Below are positions 12,795 through 30,609 of a DNA stretch of 64,000 nt, one piece after another. Position numbers and translations under genes: made by a program. Source of the stretch: the human T2T-CHM13v2.0 reference genome, Homo sapiens; assembly GCF_009914755.1 (NCBI RefSeq), contig NC_060926.1; one strand, 5' to 3'. Numbering within the stretch: position 1 is the first letter of the stretch; every line of letters starts with the position of its first letter. The notes below the pieces were generated by a model, which was given only the letters and a program-made list of their open reading frames with translations, was not told the DNA's origin and did not search any database.

Positions 12795-15700
12795 CTACAA
12801 AGCGAACCTTATCAGGCTAACAGCAGACCTTTCAGCAGAAACCCCACAAGCCAGAAGAGATTGGGGGCCTATATTCAGAATCCTTAAAGAAAAGAAATTC
12901 CAACCAAGAATTTTATATCCAATCAAACTAAGCTTCACAAGTGAAAGAGAAATAAAATCCTTTTCAGACAGGCAAATGCTAAGGGAATTCATTACCACCA
13001 GGCCTGCTTTACAAGAGGCCTTTAAGGGAGTGCTAAACATAAAAACAAAAGGCCATTAATGGCCACCACGGAAACACGCTTAAGGACATAGAACATTGAT
13101 ACTATAAAGCAACCAAACAATCAAGTCTACATAACAACCAGGTAACAACACAATGACAGGATCAAATCTTCACATATCAATATTAACCTTGAATGTAAAT
13201 AGGCTAAATGTCCCACTTAAAAGGTACAGAGTGGCAAGTTGGATGAAGAAATAAGTCCCAAATGTATGCTTTCTTCAGGAGACCCATTTCACATGCAAGA
13301 CCACCCATAGGCTCAAAGTAAAGGGATAGAGAAAAATCTATCAAGCAAACAGAAAATAAAAAAGAATGGAGGGTATGATTCTTCTTTCAGACAAAACAAA
13401 CTTTAAACTGACAATGATCAAAAAGGACAAAGAAGGGCATTATATAATGATAAAGGATTCAATTCATCAATAAGACACAACTATCCTAAATATATATGCA
13501 CCTAATCCAGGAGGACCCAAACTCATAAAACAAGTTCTTAGAGACCTAAGAAGAAACTTAGATAACCACACAAAAATAGTGGGCGACTTCAACAACCCAC
13601 TGCCAGTATTAGATCATGGAGGCAGAAAACCAACAAATGTATCAGGCATCCAAACTTGACACTTGCCAAAAGGGACCTAACCGGCATCTACAGAACACCC
13701 TAGCCAACAACAACAAGATATATATTCTCATCTGCACATGCCACATGCTCTAATATAGATTACATCCTTGGTCATAAAGCAATTCTCGACAAATTAAAAA
13801 AAATGAAACTGTATCAACTACACTCTAGAACCACAGTGGAATAAAAATAGAAATCAACACAAAGAATATCTCTCAAAACTATACAATTTTATGAAAATTA
13901 AGCAATCTGTTTCTGAATGGCATTTAACCAAACAATGAAATTAAGGCCAAAATCAAAGCATTTTTGAAACTAATGAAAACAAATCTACAACTTAGCAGAA
14001 TCTCTGGAATACAGCTAAAACAGTATTAAGAGAAAAGTTTATAGTGCTAAACACCCACATCAAAAAGCTAGAAAGATATCAAACTAACAACCTAATGTCA
14101 CACCCAGATGAACTAGAAAAACAAAAGCCAACCAACTCCAAAGCTAGCAAAAGAAAAGAAATAACCAAAATCAGAGCTGAACAAAAGAAAATTGAGACAT
14201 GAGAAAACATACAAAAGATCACTGAAACCAAAAGTTGGCTTTTTGAAAGGTACATAAGATTGATAGAACACTAACTAGACTAATAAATAAAAAAAGAGGT
14301 GATCCAAATAGGCACAATTAGAAATGACAAAGGAGAAATTACCACTGACCACACAAAAATACAAAAAACCCTCAGAGACTATTATAAACACCCATGCAGA
14401 ACTAGAAACCCTAGAAGAAATGGATACATTCCTAGAAATATACAACACCCCAAGATTAAACCAGGAAGAAAATGAATCCCTGAACAGACCAACAATGAGT
14501 TTCAAAATGGAATCAGTAATTTGAAAACACTTCCCAACCAGAAAAAGCCCTGGAATAGATGGATTTGCAGCTAAATTCTGCCAGACGTGTAAAAAGGAGC
14601 TGGTACAAATCCTACTGAAAGTATTCCAATAAATGAAGGAGGAGGGACTTCTTCCTAACTCATCCTAGGAGGTCAGAATCATTCTGATACCAAAGTCTGG
14701 TAGAGACACAACAGCAATAAAAAAAACTTCAGGCCAATATCACTGATGAACATAGGTGTAAAAATCCTCAACAAAATATCAGCAAATTGAATTTAACAGC
14801 ATATCAAAAAGTGAATCTGCCAAGATCAAGTAGGCCTTATTTTTGGGATGCAAGATTGGTTCAATGTGCAAATCAATAAATGTGATTCATCACATCAACA
14901 GAAATAAAGACAAGAACTACATGATCACCTCAATAGTTGCAGAAAAAGCTTTTGATAAATTCAACACTCCTTCATATTAAAAGCCTCAATAAAATAGGCA
15001 TCAAAGGAACGTAACTTAAAATAAGAGCCATACATGACAAATGCATACCCGACATCATACTGAATGGGCTAAAGCTGGAAGTAGTCCCTTTGAGAACCAG
15101 AACAGGAAAAGGATCCTCACTCTCACCACTCCTATTCAACATTGTATTGGAAGTCCTTGTCAAAGCAATCAGGCAAGAGAAAGCAATAAAAGGCATCCAA
15201 ATAGGAAGAGAGGAGGTCAAACTATGTCTTTTTGCAGACAATAGGATTCTATACCTAGAAAATCCCATAATCTCTGCCCAAAGCCTCCTAGATCTAATTA
15301 ACAATTTCAGCAAAGTTTCAGGATGTAAAAATCAATGTACAAAAATCAGTAGCATTTCTATATACCAATGACATCCAAGCTGAGAGCCAAATCAAGAACA
15401 CAGTCTCATTCACAATGGTCACAAAAAGAATAAAATACTTAGGAATACAGCTAACTAGGTAGGTGAAAGAATTCTACAATGAAAATTGCAAAGCATGGCT
15501 GAAAAAAATTACAGACCAGCCAAACAAATGGAAACCATTTCATGCTCATGGGTAAGAAGAGACAATATTGTTAACATGTCCATACTGCCCAAAGCAATTT
15601 ACAGATTCAATGCTATTCCTTTCAAACTACCAAGGACGGTTTTTTACAGAATCAGAAATAACAATTATAAACTTCATATAGAACCAAAAAAGAGCTCAAA

Positions 15701-17239
15701 TAATCAAAACAATTCTAAGCAAAAAGAACCAAGCTAGAGGAATCTTACTACCTGACTTCAAACTATAATACAAGGCAAGCAAAACCAAAACAGCATGGCG
15801 CTGGTACAAGAACAGACACAGAGATCAATGGAACAGGTTAGGGAATATGGAAATAAAGCTGCACACGTACAATTATCTGATTTTTGACAGAGTTGACAAT
15901 AACAAGCAATGGAGAAAGAACTTTCTATTCAATAAACAGTGCTGGCATATCTGGCTAGCCATATGCAGAAGTTTGAAACTGGATCCCTTCCTTTCACCAT
16001 ATGTAAGAATTTTCACCAATTCAAGATTGATCAAAGACTTAAATGTAAAATCTAAAACTATGAAAACTCTAGAAGTAAACCTAGGAAACACCACTCTGGA
16101 AATAAGCCCTGGCAAAAATTTCATAATGAAGACTCCAAAAGCAATTGCAACAAAAACAAAAATTGACAAGTGAGATCCAGTTAGTCTAAAGAACTCTACA
16201 CAGCAGAAGAAACTATCAACAGAGCAAACAGACAATCTACAGAATGGGAGAAAAATTTTGCCAACTATACATCTAACAATGGTCTAATATCCAGTGTCTA
16301 TAAGAAACTTAAAGAAATAAACAAGCAAATAGCAAACGACCCAATTAAAAAAATGGGCAAAAGACGTGAACAGACACTTCTCAAAAGAAGTCATACATGG
16401 AGCCAATAAACGTGAAAAAATACTCAACATCACTAATCATTAGAGAAATACAAATCAAAACCATAATGAGATACCATCTCACAGCAGTCAGAATGGCTAT
16501 TATTAAAAAATCAAAAAACAACAGAGGCTGGTGAGGTGGCAGAGAAAAGGGAATGCTTACACACTGCTGGTGGGAGTGAGTGTAATTTCCACAGTTAGGC
16601 CACTGTGGAAAGCAATTTGGAGGTTTTTCAAAGAACTTAAAACAGGAATACCATTCAATGCTGCAATCCCATTACTGGGTATGTAACCAAAGGAATATAA
16701 GTCATTCTACTATAAAGACACATTCACTCATATGTTAATTGCAGCACTACTCACAAAAGCAAAGACAAGGAATCAACCTAGGTGCCCATCAGCAGTAGAC
16801 TGGATAAAAAAAAAAATGTGTTACGTATACATTATAAAATACTACTCAGCCAGGAAAATAATGAAATCATGTCCTTGCACTGACATAAATGGAGCTGGAG
16901 GCCATTATCCTGAGTGAACTAATGCAGGAAATAGAAAACCAAATGTCACATGTTCTTACTTATAAGTTGGAGCTAAACACTGAATACACACGGACACAAA
17001 GAAGGGAACAACAGACATTGGGACCTACTTGTGGGTGTAGGTAGGCACAGGGCAAGAATTTAAAACTACCCATGAGGTACTACGCTTATTACTTGTGTGA
17101 TTAAATAATCTGTACATCAAACCCCGTGGCACACAATTTACTCATGAAACAAATCTGCATATGTATCCGCTTAACCTAAAATACAATTTGGAAAAAAAAA
17201 TACCTCCAGGCATTGCACTTCTGCACTTCTATCTCCTCA

Positions 17240-17760
17240 CATGTTTGGTAGCCTTCAATATTCACTTCTTTCCATATTGTTACCTTGGACCTTGTCATTT
17301 ACCTAAATTACATTATTTTGGGTTTCTCAAATGCAAACAGCCACTCCCAACTACAACATCCTATCCTTAGAGCTCACTTGCTTAAATTCTTCCCATTACT
17401 ATCTCTCCTATTGAGACATTGACTTCATTGATAACCCCTTCTCCCCCATCTACTGTTTTCAGTTGAATAAACCTCATAATCCTTTTCTGCTGGCCCAGAT
17501 TCTATGGTTTATAATGAGTATCTTTTGAAAAACCTCTGTTGCCCTTGCTCCTGACTACCTTTTAGGAATTCTGTTTGAAAAGCTCAAACCTAGATGGGCC
17601 CATGCTGTGTATGTGTATGTAAGTGTCTGCACATGCACAGCTGCATTTGATGGTCGCTGGTGACAATAGATCATAGCTGAAAAAAATACACAACTGAATA
17701 GCTGGTATATTTAAAATTTTTGATCTCACATTTTAAATGAGCGCTTATTAGTGCTTTGCC
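17240..17760 (+). mobile_element. L2 internal fragment
   Basis: accttggaccttgtcatt and related diverged L2 ORF2 motifs. Confidence 0.4.
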
Positions 17761-17852
17761 TGATTTTGTTTCTCTTCTAAACTGTTACATACCCTTTCTT
17801 TAAATAAACCACCCTTATTTCACATATGATTTTATTTATGTAAAATATATAT

Positions 17853-18191
17853 CAGTGGTCCCTAACCTTCAGAGACCAGTTTCATGAGACAATTTTTCCA
17901 TGGACCTGGGTTTAGGGGAATGGTTTGGGATGAAACTGTTCCACCTCAGACTATCAGGAATTAGTTGGATTTTCATAAGGAACACATAGCCTATTAGATT
18001 CCTCATATGCGCAGTTCACAATAGGGTCCATGCTCCTACGAGAATCTAGCGCAGTTGCTGATCTGACAGGAGGTGGCGCTCAGGCAGTAGTGCTTGCTGG
18101 CTCTTCCGCCTCTCACCTCCTGCTGTGTGGCCTGGTTCCTAACAGGCCACAGACTGGTACCAGACCAAGGCTCAGGGATTGGGGACCACTG
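17853..18191. mobile_element. MER1B hAT-Charlie element
   Basis: TIRs cagtggtccctaac / attggggaccactg; gatgaaactgttccacctcaga core. Confidence 0.85.
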
Positions 18192-18317
18192 TTCTATATA
18201 ATATAGAATGGGTTTCTCGTATGATTTTATCTAGATAAAATGTAAATATTAGAAAAATTTACAATAATTTTATGCAAAACTGTATATATGTACATATATA
18301 AAAATAATATACATTTG

Positions 18318-18653
18318 CACTTATGCGCTATGTAATGATATTTTGGTCAACGATAGACCACATCTCCAACAGTGATCCATACAATTACAATACGATATTT
18401 TTACCATACCTCTTCTATGTTTAGATACACAATTACTTACCATTGTGTTATAGTTGCTGATAGTATTCAATACAGTCATATGCTGAACAGGTTTGTAGCC
18501 GAAGAGCAATAAACTATACCACATGGTCTAGGTGTGTAGTAGGCTACACCATTTAGATTTGTGTAAGCAGACTCTGCAATGTTTGCACAATGATCAAATT
18601 ACCTGACATTACATTTCTCAGAATGTGTCCTCATCATTAAGGGACACTGACTA
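18318..18653. mobile_element. Tigger3a/MER7-like MITE
   Basis: ttttggtcaacgatagaccac...ctaggtgtgtagtaggctacacc...catttctcagaatg. Confidence 0.8.
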
Positions 18654-19409
18654 TATATAAACGTAACTATGTGAAAACTATATACAAAAAATTCGTGGTC
18701 CTAACTATTAAGTGGCGGTAAATGGGAAGTTTGACAAGATGGTATAAAGATTATATCACCTTATTCTATTAAAATGAAACCAATTTAATAAAAATAGCAA
18801 AGGAATAATTTCATATGAGTAACATATTCAATACAAGGATGAGAGAACTACACCTGGCATGACTGGCACATTCTCTTTTGCGGAAGGTATTATCTTAATA
18901 TGTGATCTGATGCATGTTCATTCATAAGTGGAACAGAAAACCTGAGGTTGGCAAGATTAGTGCAGCCCATCATTTTAGGCAAATCTCTATGTGAAGCTAA
19001 ATCAGGGTCAGCAGACTGTTTGTTAGAAATGGAATTGAACAAGGGGAATGAAGAGAATTGGGTGCTCAGTGGCATTACATTAAGTTTACCACTACTTTTC
19101 AAAGGGACTGGAATTCCTAAAGTCCACAGTACCTAAAGAACTACTGTGCCTTTCAAAATTTCCTTTCCTTCTCCTTTATCCTTTATTTCCAGGGCAGACT
19201 AAAACCCCTTTTCTTTCATTATGTATACTTATAATTTCAAGCAAAGTACAGGCAGTTTGTTCTTGAAAGTCATCCAGTTTTCTTTGTATACTTTGCCCAT
19301 ATATGGCACTGTATGTTTTCACTTTACAGTTTGACCCTTAAAGGGAAAATTTGTTTCCTCTATTTCTACATTTCCACAGGGAACCACCATAGCAGTCCCT
19401 AAGTGATGA

Positions 19410-19712
19410 GGCCTCGCCCGTATTTTTTCAAGCCTCCATGCTTTCGTTCATGATATTCTGTACTGGAAGATTTATCTTTGTCCTTGACCTCACTGACTTA
19501 GACTTTGAGTGAAAGCACACTTTAGGGATGTTCCTTGACCCTCCAGCAGTTAAATCCTCTTCCTGCATCCTGTGTATTCTTTTATTATGGAAAGAATCAT
19601 ATTTAACTGAAGTTTCCTGTGTGAATGCCCTTGAGGTCAGAAACTATGTCTCATTCATTTTTGTATCCACTAGACATAATGAACTTTCACTGTATGTCTA
19701 TGGAATGAATGA
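19410..19712 (+). mobile_element. L2 3' end
   Basis: cccttgaggtcagaaactatgtctcattcatttttgtatcc...gaatgaatga terminus. Confidence 0.6.
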
Positions 19713-20540
19713 TTATGTGTATTGTAGTAAGAAATACTATTAGAGAATCTGCACAGGCCTATGATTATCCTAGCAGGAACTTGAGGTTGAATTATAGTTT
19801 AAATCATCTGGAGCACTCACCGCAATCAGAAGTAACAGTCCCCAAATCAGAATGGCTTCTTGACCATGGTTTCTCAGTAAGTTTACAGAGAAAGAAAAAA
19901 TATGAAAAGGGTCTATTAACTTGCATGTACTATACAATTTTTGTCCAACTTTTCAATAGCATAATTGTCTAGGCCATAGGGTGGCTTCTAACTGATTCTT
20001 TCACATGAGCAATTCTTTATTCTCTGCATATGGAATAGCCAAGATAGTGTGTTCAACACTTTCTGCAATAACAGAAATATTCCACTTAAGGCATCTTTTA
20101 TGCACAGACAACATAAATTTATTGCTTATAAGTGAAATTTTAGAACTCCTGAGGTAGTTTCCTTATTGACACCCACATGGAAACATGGGCTAATCCAAGG
20201 TCCTGTCCTTTTGATCTTACCACAAAAACACTTGAGGTTATAAATAAAGCACTAAGTGTATGACGAAGGTAGTATATGATTCACAGTAGCTATATTGAAT
20301 ATTGCTTTCTCAGACGTTTAGTAGTAATATGCACTTTTGGAAAATAATTATTAGTGAACAAAAAAATGAAAAGGAGGCAATATAATTAATACTCTATGAT
20401 CTTTCTTAGAAGAGTATCCCAACAGAAACTTCCTTTATTATAAAGTTTTAAAAATTACATGCTAATTAATAACTAAATCCCCTACTATGAGTCAGTTACC
20501 ATAATATATATTCAATGTATGTATTTTCTGATTCATTGTC

Positions 20541-20564
20541 TGTGTGTGTGTGTGTGTGTGTGTG
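20541..20564. repeat. (TG)n microsatellite
   Basis: Seen directly. Confidence 0.95.
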
Positions 20565-20579
20565 AGACACCTGACACCT

Positions 20580-20858
20580 GACCAAATGTATGATTCCATT
20601 TATATGAAGTATTTAAAGTAGTCACATTTGCAGAGAAAGAAACTAGAATGGTGGTTGTCAGGGGCTAGGGAGAAGAGAGGAAAGGGAGTTATTGTTTAAT
20701 GGCTAGAGAGTTTCAGTTTTCAAAGATGAAAAAGTTCTGGAGATCTGTTTTACAACAATGTAAATATATATTCACATTAACACTACTGAACTGTACATTT
20801 AAAATGGTTAAGAGGGTAAATTTTATGTTATGTACTTATCGCCACAATTATTTAAAAA
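20580..20858 (+). mobile_element. L1MA/MB 3' end
   Basis: tgtatgattccatttatatga...gatgaaaaagttctggagat...aaaatggttaagagggtaaattttatgtta. Confidence 0.85.
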
Positions 20859-20934
20859 GAAGATGCATAGTCAGAAAAAAGCAGCAGAATTGGTAGGGAC
20901 CAAAAGTGGAAGCAGAAGTGGAGGCAGAGTATTT

Positions 20935-21025
20935 CTTAAAATTTTTACTTTTTACTTTTGTGGGTACATAGCATGTGTATATATTTATGGGGTACAAGAG
21001 ATGTTTTGATATAGGCATGCAGTCA
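20935..21025 (-). mobile_element. Short L1MA 3'-terminal fragment
   Basis: ttttgtgggtacatag...tttatggggtacaagagatgttttgatataggcatgca. Confidence 0.7.
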
Positions 21026-21155
21026 TGCCTATATCTGCTATACTTGTGTGTCTGACTGAAGTCATTTAGTAAAGACACAGACACACACACACGGACGTAT
21101 GGCAGACCCTGTTTGGTTGGCTAATTGCCTGATAATAATTCTCTATTTTCTCCCG

Positions 21156-21452
21156 TTTTTTTTTTTTTTTTTTTGAGATGGAGTCTCGCTCTGTCGGCCA
21201 GACTGGAGTGCAATGGCGTGATCTTGCCTCACTGCAACCTCTCCTCCTGGGTTCAAGCGATTCTTCTGCCTCAGCCTCCCGAGCAGCTGGGACTACAGGC
21301 GCCCACCACCATGCCTGGCTAATTTTTGTATTTTTAGTAGAGACGGGGTTTCGCCATGTTGGCCAGGCTGGTCTGGAACTCCTGACCTCTTGATCCACCC
21401 ACCTCGGCCTCCCAATGTGCTGGGATTACAGGCATGAGCCACTGTGCCCAGC
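21156..21452 (-). mobile_element. AluS
   Basis: Poly-T then gagatggagtctcgctctg; TSD tctattttctc. Confidence 0.95.
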
Positions 21453-21489
21453 TTCTATTTTCTCATTTTAAGAAAAACTCCAATGTCCC

Positions 21490-22485
21490 TTTTCAGATGT
21501 GGCGGAGCTGAAGTGCCATATGGGAGGCTGGTTCCTCCTTAGTCCTAGGAGTTACATCTTGCTTAATAAAAATCAATCAAGCACTCCCATTTTCCTTTCT
21601 AGTGTTAGAACTAAAAATGCAAATGAGACCCAAATATATAGAATGAAACAAATAAATTCGGGAAATTTCTGAGAAAGCTCTTGTTATTTTTAACAAGGGA
21701 CTTGATGAGATATGCTCTGCATAGGGGTTCTTGTGTTCTGTACTCACTGCCTTTTTATTCCAGACTCTTTTAAGGAGTTTGTATAGTTAACGGCCTTTGA
21801 AGTTAGAGACAGTTTTGGAGCAAAGGACATGTTTGTTTACTGCCCAGAAAAACAAAGATAATATCCCCCTCCAGCACAAAAGTCAAGTGGATTGCTTAAA
21901 GTCCATTATAAAAGATTATAATACCCTAATATCAGAATTCCTCTCCTGTGAAAACAATCTGCCAAGCATGCAGGCATTACCAGACCCTTGTCACATTTCC
22001 TTGTGAGAACTGTAGCTTTGATAAATTGTTCAAAAAGTGATGCTACTGTGGCCATTGTTTTTGTTATGAGTAATAGACTGTTCATCTCCGGTTTACTTAG
22101 AGGTCTCATGTCTTCCGTCAACATCCATGAAGCTAGCAGGCTAATTTGATAACCTCCAAACAGTGTCAAATCTCAGACCTTTTACACTTCTTGACACTCT
22201 CTTTCCCACTTTTGGCCATTAGATAATGCCCTGTGAAAATATGGAGGCAGAGCCGTGGCAGCCACCTTATGATCATGAGTACACAAGTCTGGGAGCAACA
22301 GTCAATGTTGTAAATGGCAGAACAAAAAGGATGGGGAGAATGTAGGTCAATGAAAATGTTGTTAAATCCATAATCACAACTTTTGTAATTATTCTATTTC
22401 TAGATTAATTTTAGTTGTGATGACACACTTTCTCTTTTTTAAAATCATTTGAGGCAGGTTTTCTATTACCTGGCAAATGCATTTC
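21490..22485 (+). mobile_element. Old MLT1 (J/K-like) MaLR LTR interrupted by an LTR40-like element
   Basis: ggcagccaccttatgatcatgag...atggcagaacaaaaaggatgg...ggttttctattac. Confidence 0.5.
21703..22196 (+). mobile_element. LTR40-like ERVL solo LTR
   Basis: tggagcaaagg, attataaaagatt and aaatctcagacc...ttcttgaca terminus. Confidence 0.7.
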
Positions 22486-22559
22486 ATCTAAGTCATCAAG
22501 GACTGCAACATAATTTTGAAGCCTTGTTTGCTGCTACCAAATACAATAATATCCAACTT

Positions 22560-22775
22560 TTTTTGGTACTCACTATATGTAAGTGCAGTAGCAAATATTT
22601 TGGGTTATACTAAGATGTAATCCTTACTACAACAACTCTGGACAGCTGTCATTATTATTTTAAACATGAATAATCTGAGTTTAAGTAAGAAGCTTAAGAT
22701 ACTTCAACAAATAAGTGACAAAACTAGGACTGAAATCCATCTCTACCTGGCAGCAAACCCTGTGTTCCTAACCCT
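22560..22775 (-). mobile_element. MIR
   Basis: tactcactatatg...acaacaactctg...aactaggactgaaatcc. Confidence 0.55.
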
Positions 22776-24758
22776 GATGTAGTATCTCCTGTGTAATTTG
22801 GATACCCAGCATTTGTTGAGACTTCCACTTGTCCTGACTCTGTGCTGAGCGCTTAATGAATTCTTCTTGCATAAATGGTGGGATGAATTTAGACCAATTA
22901 TATAAGTCTCTGTGCAAATGAATGCCAAAAAACATTCTGTCTGAAAATGGACTCTTTAGTAAGTCCCTAAACAGCAATTTTAAATTTGAGGTCGGCTTGA
23001 ATTCTCAGACCAGAACCAAAAATTAGATGCTTACTAGCTATTGCTCAAAGTGAATTTTTGCCACTTGTTGTGGATTAATTTCTTCAACATCTCATCCTCA
23101 TAATTGGAAAAGTGTTTTGTTGTACTGATATATAACTAATAATTGGATAAGCATATCTCCAGTCAACCCCTTATTCATAGAGTAGTATTGCTTAAAAACT
23201 GCTCCAACCACTTCTTAAACCTGAAACCGTAGACAGAAACATCTCCTAAGACTGATAAATCCTAAGCTTTATGCTGTTAGAGACTGGGTTTGCCTAATCC
23301 AATGGGTTATCATTTTCACCTAGGCTTCTGTGTACCCTTAATTAGGCACTCAACAACTCTCATGAATAGATAAATTCGTGAATAAAATCCAAGGAATTAG
23401 AAAATAGACCTTCATTTTGATTTACTATATAATGCTCTCTGGGAACACTTCAACAGTGTTTTTGAGATTCTGGATAAAATAAAGAAAAAACTGCATAAAA
23501 TGAAACATTTCTTAGTATCTAACTTGCTCATTGAACTCTAGCTGCTTATTTCTGGCTACCCAATGTGATCCCTAGGTGATTTTCTATCATAATTTGTGAA
23601 CATGACAGATTGATAAGCTGTCTAGCTTCTTGAGGTGATCCAAAGGGGTAAAAATCATCAATGAAGATTTTTTTAAGTGTCAAAGAGAAAGATTTGGAAT
23701 TAAAAAAAAAAAACAGGAACTAAAATATTCTAAAGTTTTCCTTAATGTGTCTGTAGTGCTGGGAGTAACCTCACAATATAACGTACTTCTCAACTGTAAT
23801 ATAATTTTTAATATAAAAAGTTATTTGTTATCACTCACGACTATGGCCCAGAAGTGAAACATAATCCAAATACATTAGCCATTGTAATATAGGTTTGACA
23901 TGTATTTCTCTTGTGCTGCTGTTTTCCAGAGAACTTAGTCCTAATTATTTAACACTTTCAGAGTCAATAAATTACCGGAGGGGAGCAAAAGGCCTGTTGG
24001 TGGGTGAAATTTCTCTGTGAAATGAAAGTTGTCTCCTCAAGTAAGAAGTTGCAACAAAGTATCATTTAATAATAGCAAGTAATATTTTTAAATTACTGTT
24101 TAGAAATGTATTGCCTGATATTAAAATGACTTTATATAAATGCTGTGTCCTCAATTTAAAAGGACATTGGTAAACCCCCTAGGACTGAACAGGCCTTTTC
24201 TCTACCTAATTAAATTAAGTGCAGTGTACAGCGCCTTTCTGCAAAGATTAACAGAATGCGTTCATTGTCGGTTTAAGTGTTGCCTGTGGCGGTATTTTTT
24301 TTCTAATTTAATTAAAAGCTGTTCTTTTATGAAGAACAAGCTTGCAGCATCATTTCTCTTACTTTTACATTTCTCAAGCCTGTTTGGGAGAAGGAAGAGA
24401 GTGATGAGAAGGAGATGGCAGAGAAAAGAAAAAGAGAGAAGTTTTAGGTGCACAAGAGGAAGTACACATATTTCCTGGTTGTCAGGAACATTTCATTTCA
24501 AAAATAAAGATGAGTGGAGATAAACCAGGTGTCTTGGAAGGGAACAGATTTCACTGCGGTGTGTTAGATCTCTATCATGTTCCCAGTCAGCACCCTTAAT
24601 AAAGATACTGTACATTTATCAAAGAGGTAATTACACCACAAATTCTCACATATTCAAATGCTTGTGGTGTGTTTGAGCCCTTCAAAGTGTGTGATTAGCT
24701 ATGGAAACTGAGGTAGGCTTCTCAGTCTGTTACCACATACAAAATCAGGTGTGAGTCA

Positions 24759-28504
<3,746 letters not shown>

Positions 28505-28533
28505 AAAAAGCCCATCCAGTTACAAACATCCTA

Positions 28534-28678
28534 AAGATATATAAGGGCCCTGAGAGCAAACTTAGACACCCCTTCAATTCCCTAAGTTATTGGTTTCTTG
28601 ATCAAGATACATAAGGGCCCTGAGAGCAAACTTAGACACCCCTTCAATTCCCTAAGTTATTGGTTTCTTGATCAAGAT
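28534..28678. repeat. 70-bp tandem duplication (2 copies, 1 mismatch)
   Basis: aagata(t/c)ataagggccctgagagc...ttcttgatc twice, plus a trailing aagat. Confidence 0.95.
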
Positions 28679-29503
28679 TAAACAACATCCAACTCCTTGA
28701 ACTATTTATATTTTTACTATGAATTCAAATATCCGTTTGCATAATTTAATAAGTAGCACCTCAGTGTTAGTATTAGAAGCCTATGCCTTCTGAATTCAAG
28801 CAAAGCAGAGAAAATAGAAAATAGAGGGTAGAGGAATAAAGGAAGTATTCAATAGAAATTATAAAAGTAAGGAAGGGACGGAAGAATTAGGAGTATTCTA
28901 TTTTAAGACACATGAAAGAGTATGACACATAAGGCAATATAGTGTTATTTTTATGTGGATTTAGATTACTTAAATGTGTATATGGGTAATTCTAGACAAA
29001 CTCTGAAACACATTTAAAAACAAGTATAATTTATAAATTTAGGGAAGAGATCAGTGAAGTTCTATAAAATTCTAAAAAAGTGGAAAATGGGAAAAGAAGA
29101 ATCAAAGGGCAAGTGCAACAAACAGAAAATAGTTACAAACATAGTATATATTAATCCAATTATGTTCATAATCACTTTAAATATAATGGTTAGAGTATAC
29201 CAATTTAAAGATAAAAACTATCTTGTTGGATTGAAGAAAAGAAAAACCCAACTATATGTTGCCTATAAGGAACCCACCAAATATATATAAAGACCAGATA
29301 GGTTAAAAGTATAAAAGAATAAAGAAAGATATATTATGCTAACACTAACACAAGAAAGCTGAAGTAGCTAAATTAACTTCAAAGTAGACTCAAAATAAGG
29401 AAAATTATCAAAGTTAAATAAAGTCATTACTTAATTGTAAAGGACTTAATTCCCCAAGAAGACATGATAATTCGAAACATGCAGGTACTTAATAATAGAG
29501 CAT

Positions 29504-29811
29504 TGATATGGTTTGGCTGTGTCCCCACCCAAATATCATCTTGAATTCCCACATGTTGTGGGAGGGACCTGGTGGGAAGTAACTGAATCATGGGGGCGAG
29601 TCTTTCTTGTGCTGTTAATTATATAAGGGGAGAATTCCCCGCACAGCTGTCTTCTCTTGTCTGTGCCATGTGAGACATGCCATTCACCTTCCACTATGAT
29701 TGTAGGCTTCCCCATCCACGTGGAACTGTAAGTCCAATTAAACCTCTTTCTTTTGTTAATTACCCAGTCTTGGGTATGTCTTTATCAGTAGCATGAAAAT
29801 GGACTAATACA
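29504..29811 (+). mobile_element. THE1B-like MaLR solo LTR
   Basis: tgatatggtttggctgtgtccccaccc...ggactaataca; 5-bp TSD agcat. Confidence 0.9.
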
Positions 29812-30609
29812 AGCATTAACACAGGTGAGGTAAAAATGGATAAAACTGATGGGGAAACATAAAAAATTCACTATTATAGTGGGAGACTTTAATATCCCTC
29901 TTTCAATAATTGACAGATCAAGGAAGCAAAAATTCAGTAGAGAACTAGTTGACCTAAAGAGAACCATCAATGAACTTAACGTAGTTAATGTTTATTATGG
30001 TATTCCAACAAACATAAGAGTACATGGTTTTTACAAGCCTATATGGAACATTCACCAAGACATACAACATTCTGGGGAATAACATATACTTTAAACAGTA
30101 ATTTAAAAGAAAATAAATTAAACAAGCTATATACTCACATCATAACTGAAATAAACTAGAACAGTAGACACGTAGCTGGAAAATACCCAGATGTTTGGAA
30201 ATTAAACCATACACTTGTAAATAATACATGAGTCAAAGAAAAAAAATCAAGAGAATTTTAGAAATACTTTTTACTAAAGAAAATCAAAATATAGCTTATA
30301 AAAATGTATGGGATGAAATAAAAGCAGTGCTTAGAGGAAAACATGCATATGTGTATATATATGTGTACACATACATATGTGTGTATATATGCATGTATGT
30401 ATAAATATATATACACACACACACATAGCAAGACCAAATTTCAACAAAAGTGAACTAGACAAAAAAGAGCAATTTAATTCTAAAGCAAGAGGAAGAATAG
30501 AAATGATAAAAGTTAAAGCAGAAATCAATAAAATTGAAAACAGAAATCAATAGAGAAAAGCAGTAAAACCAAAAACTGGCTCTTTGAAAAATCAGTAAGT
30601 ATATACTTC

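Noticed and set aside
24140-24523. 127-aa plus-strand ORF over the palindrome
   Set aside because: No recognisable domain, biased composition, no splice or promoter support
28534-28678. CRISPR-like repeat array
   Set aside because: Only two abutting copies, no spacers, eukaryotic context
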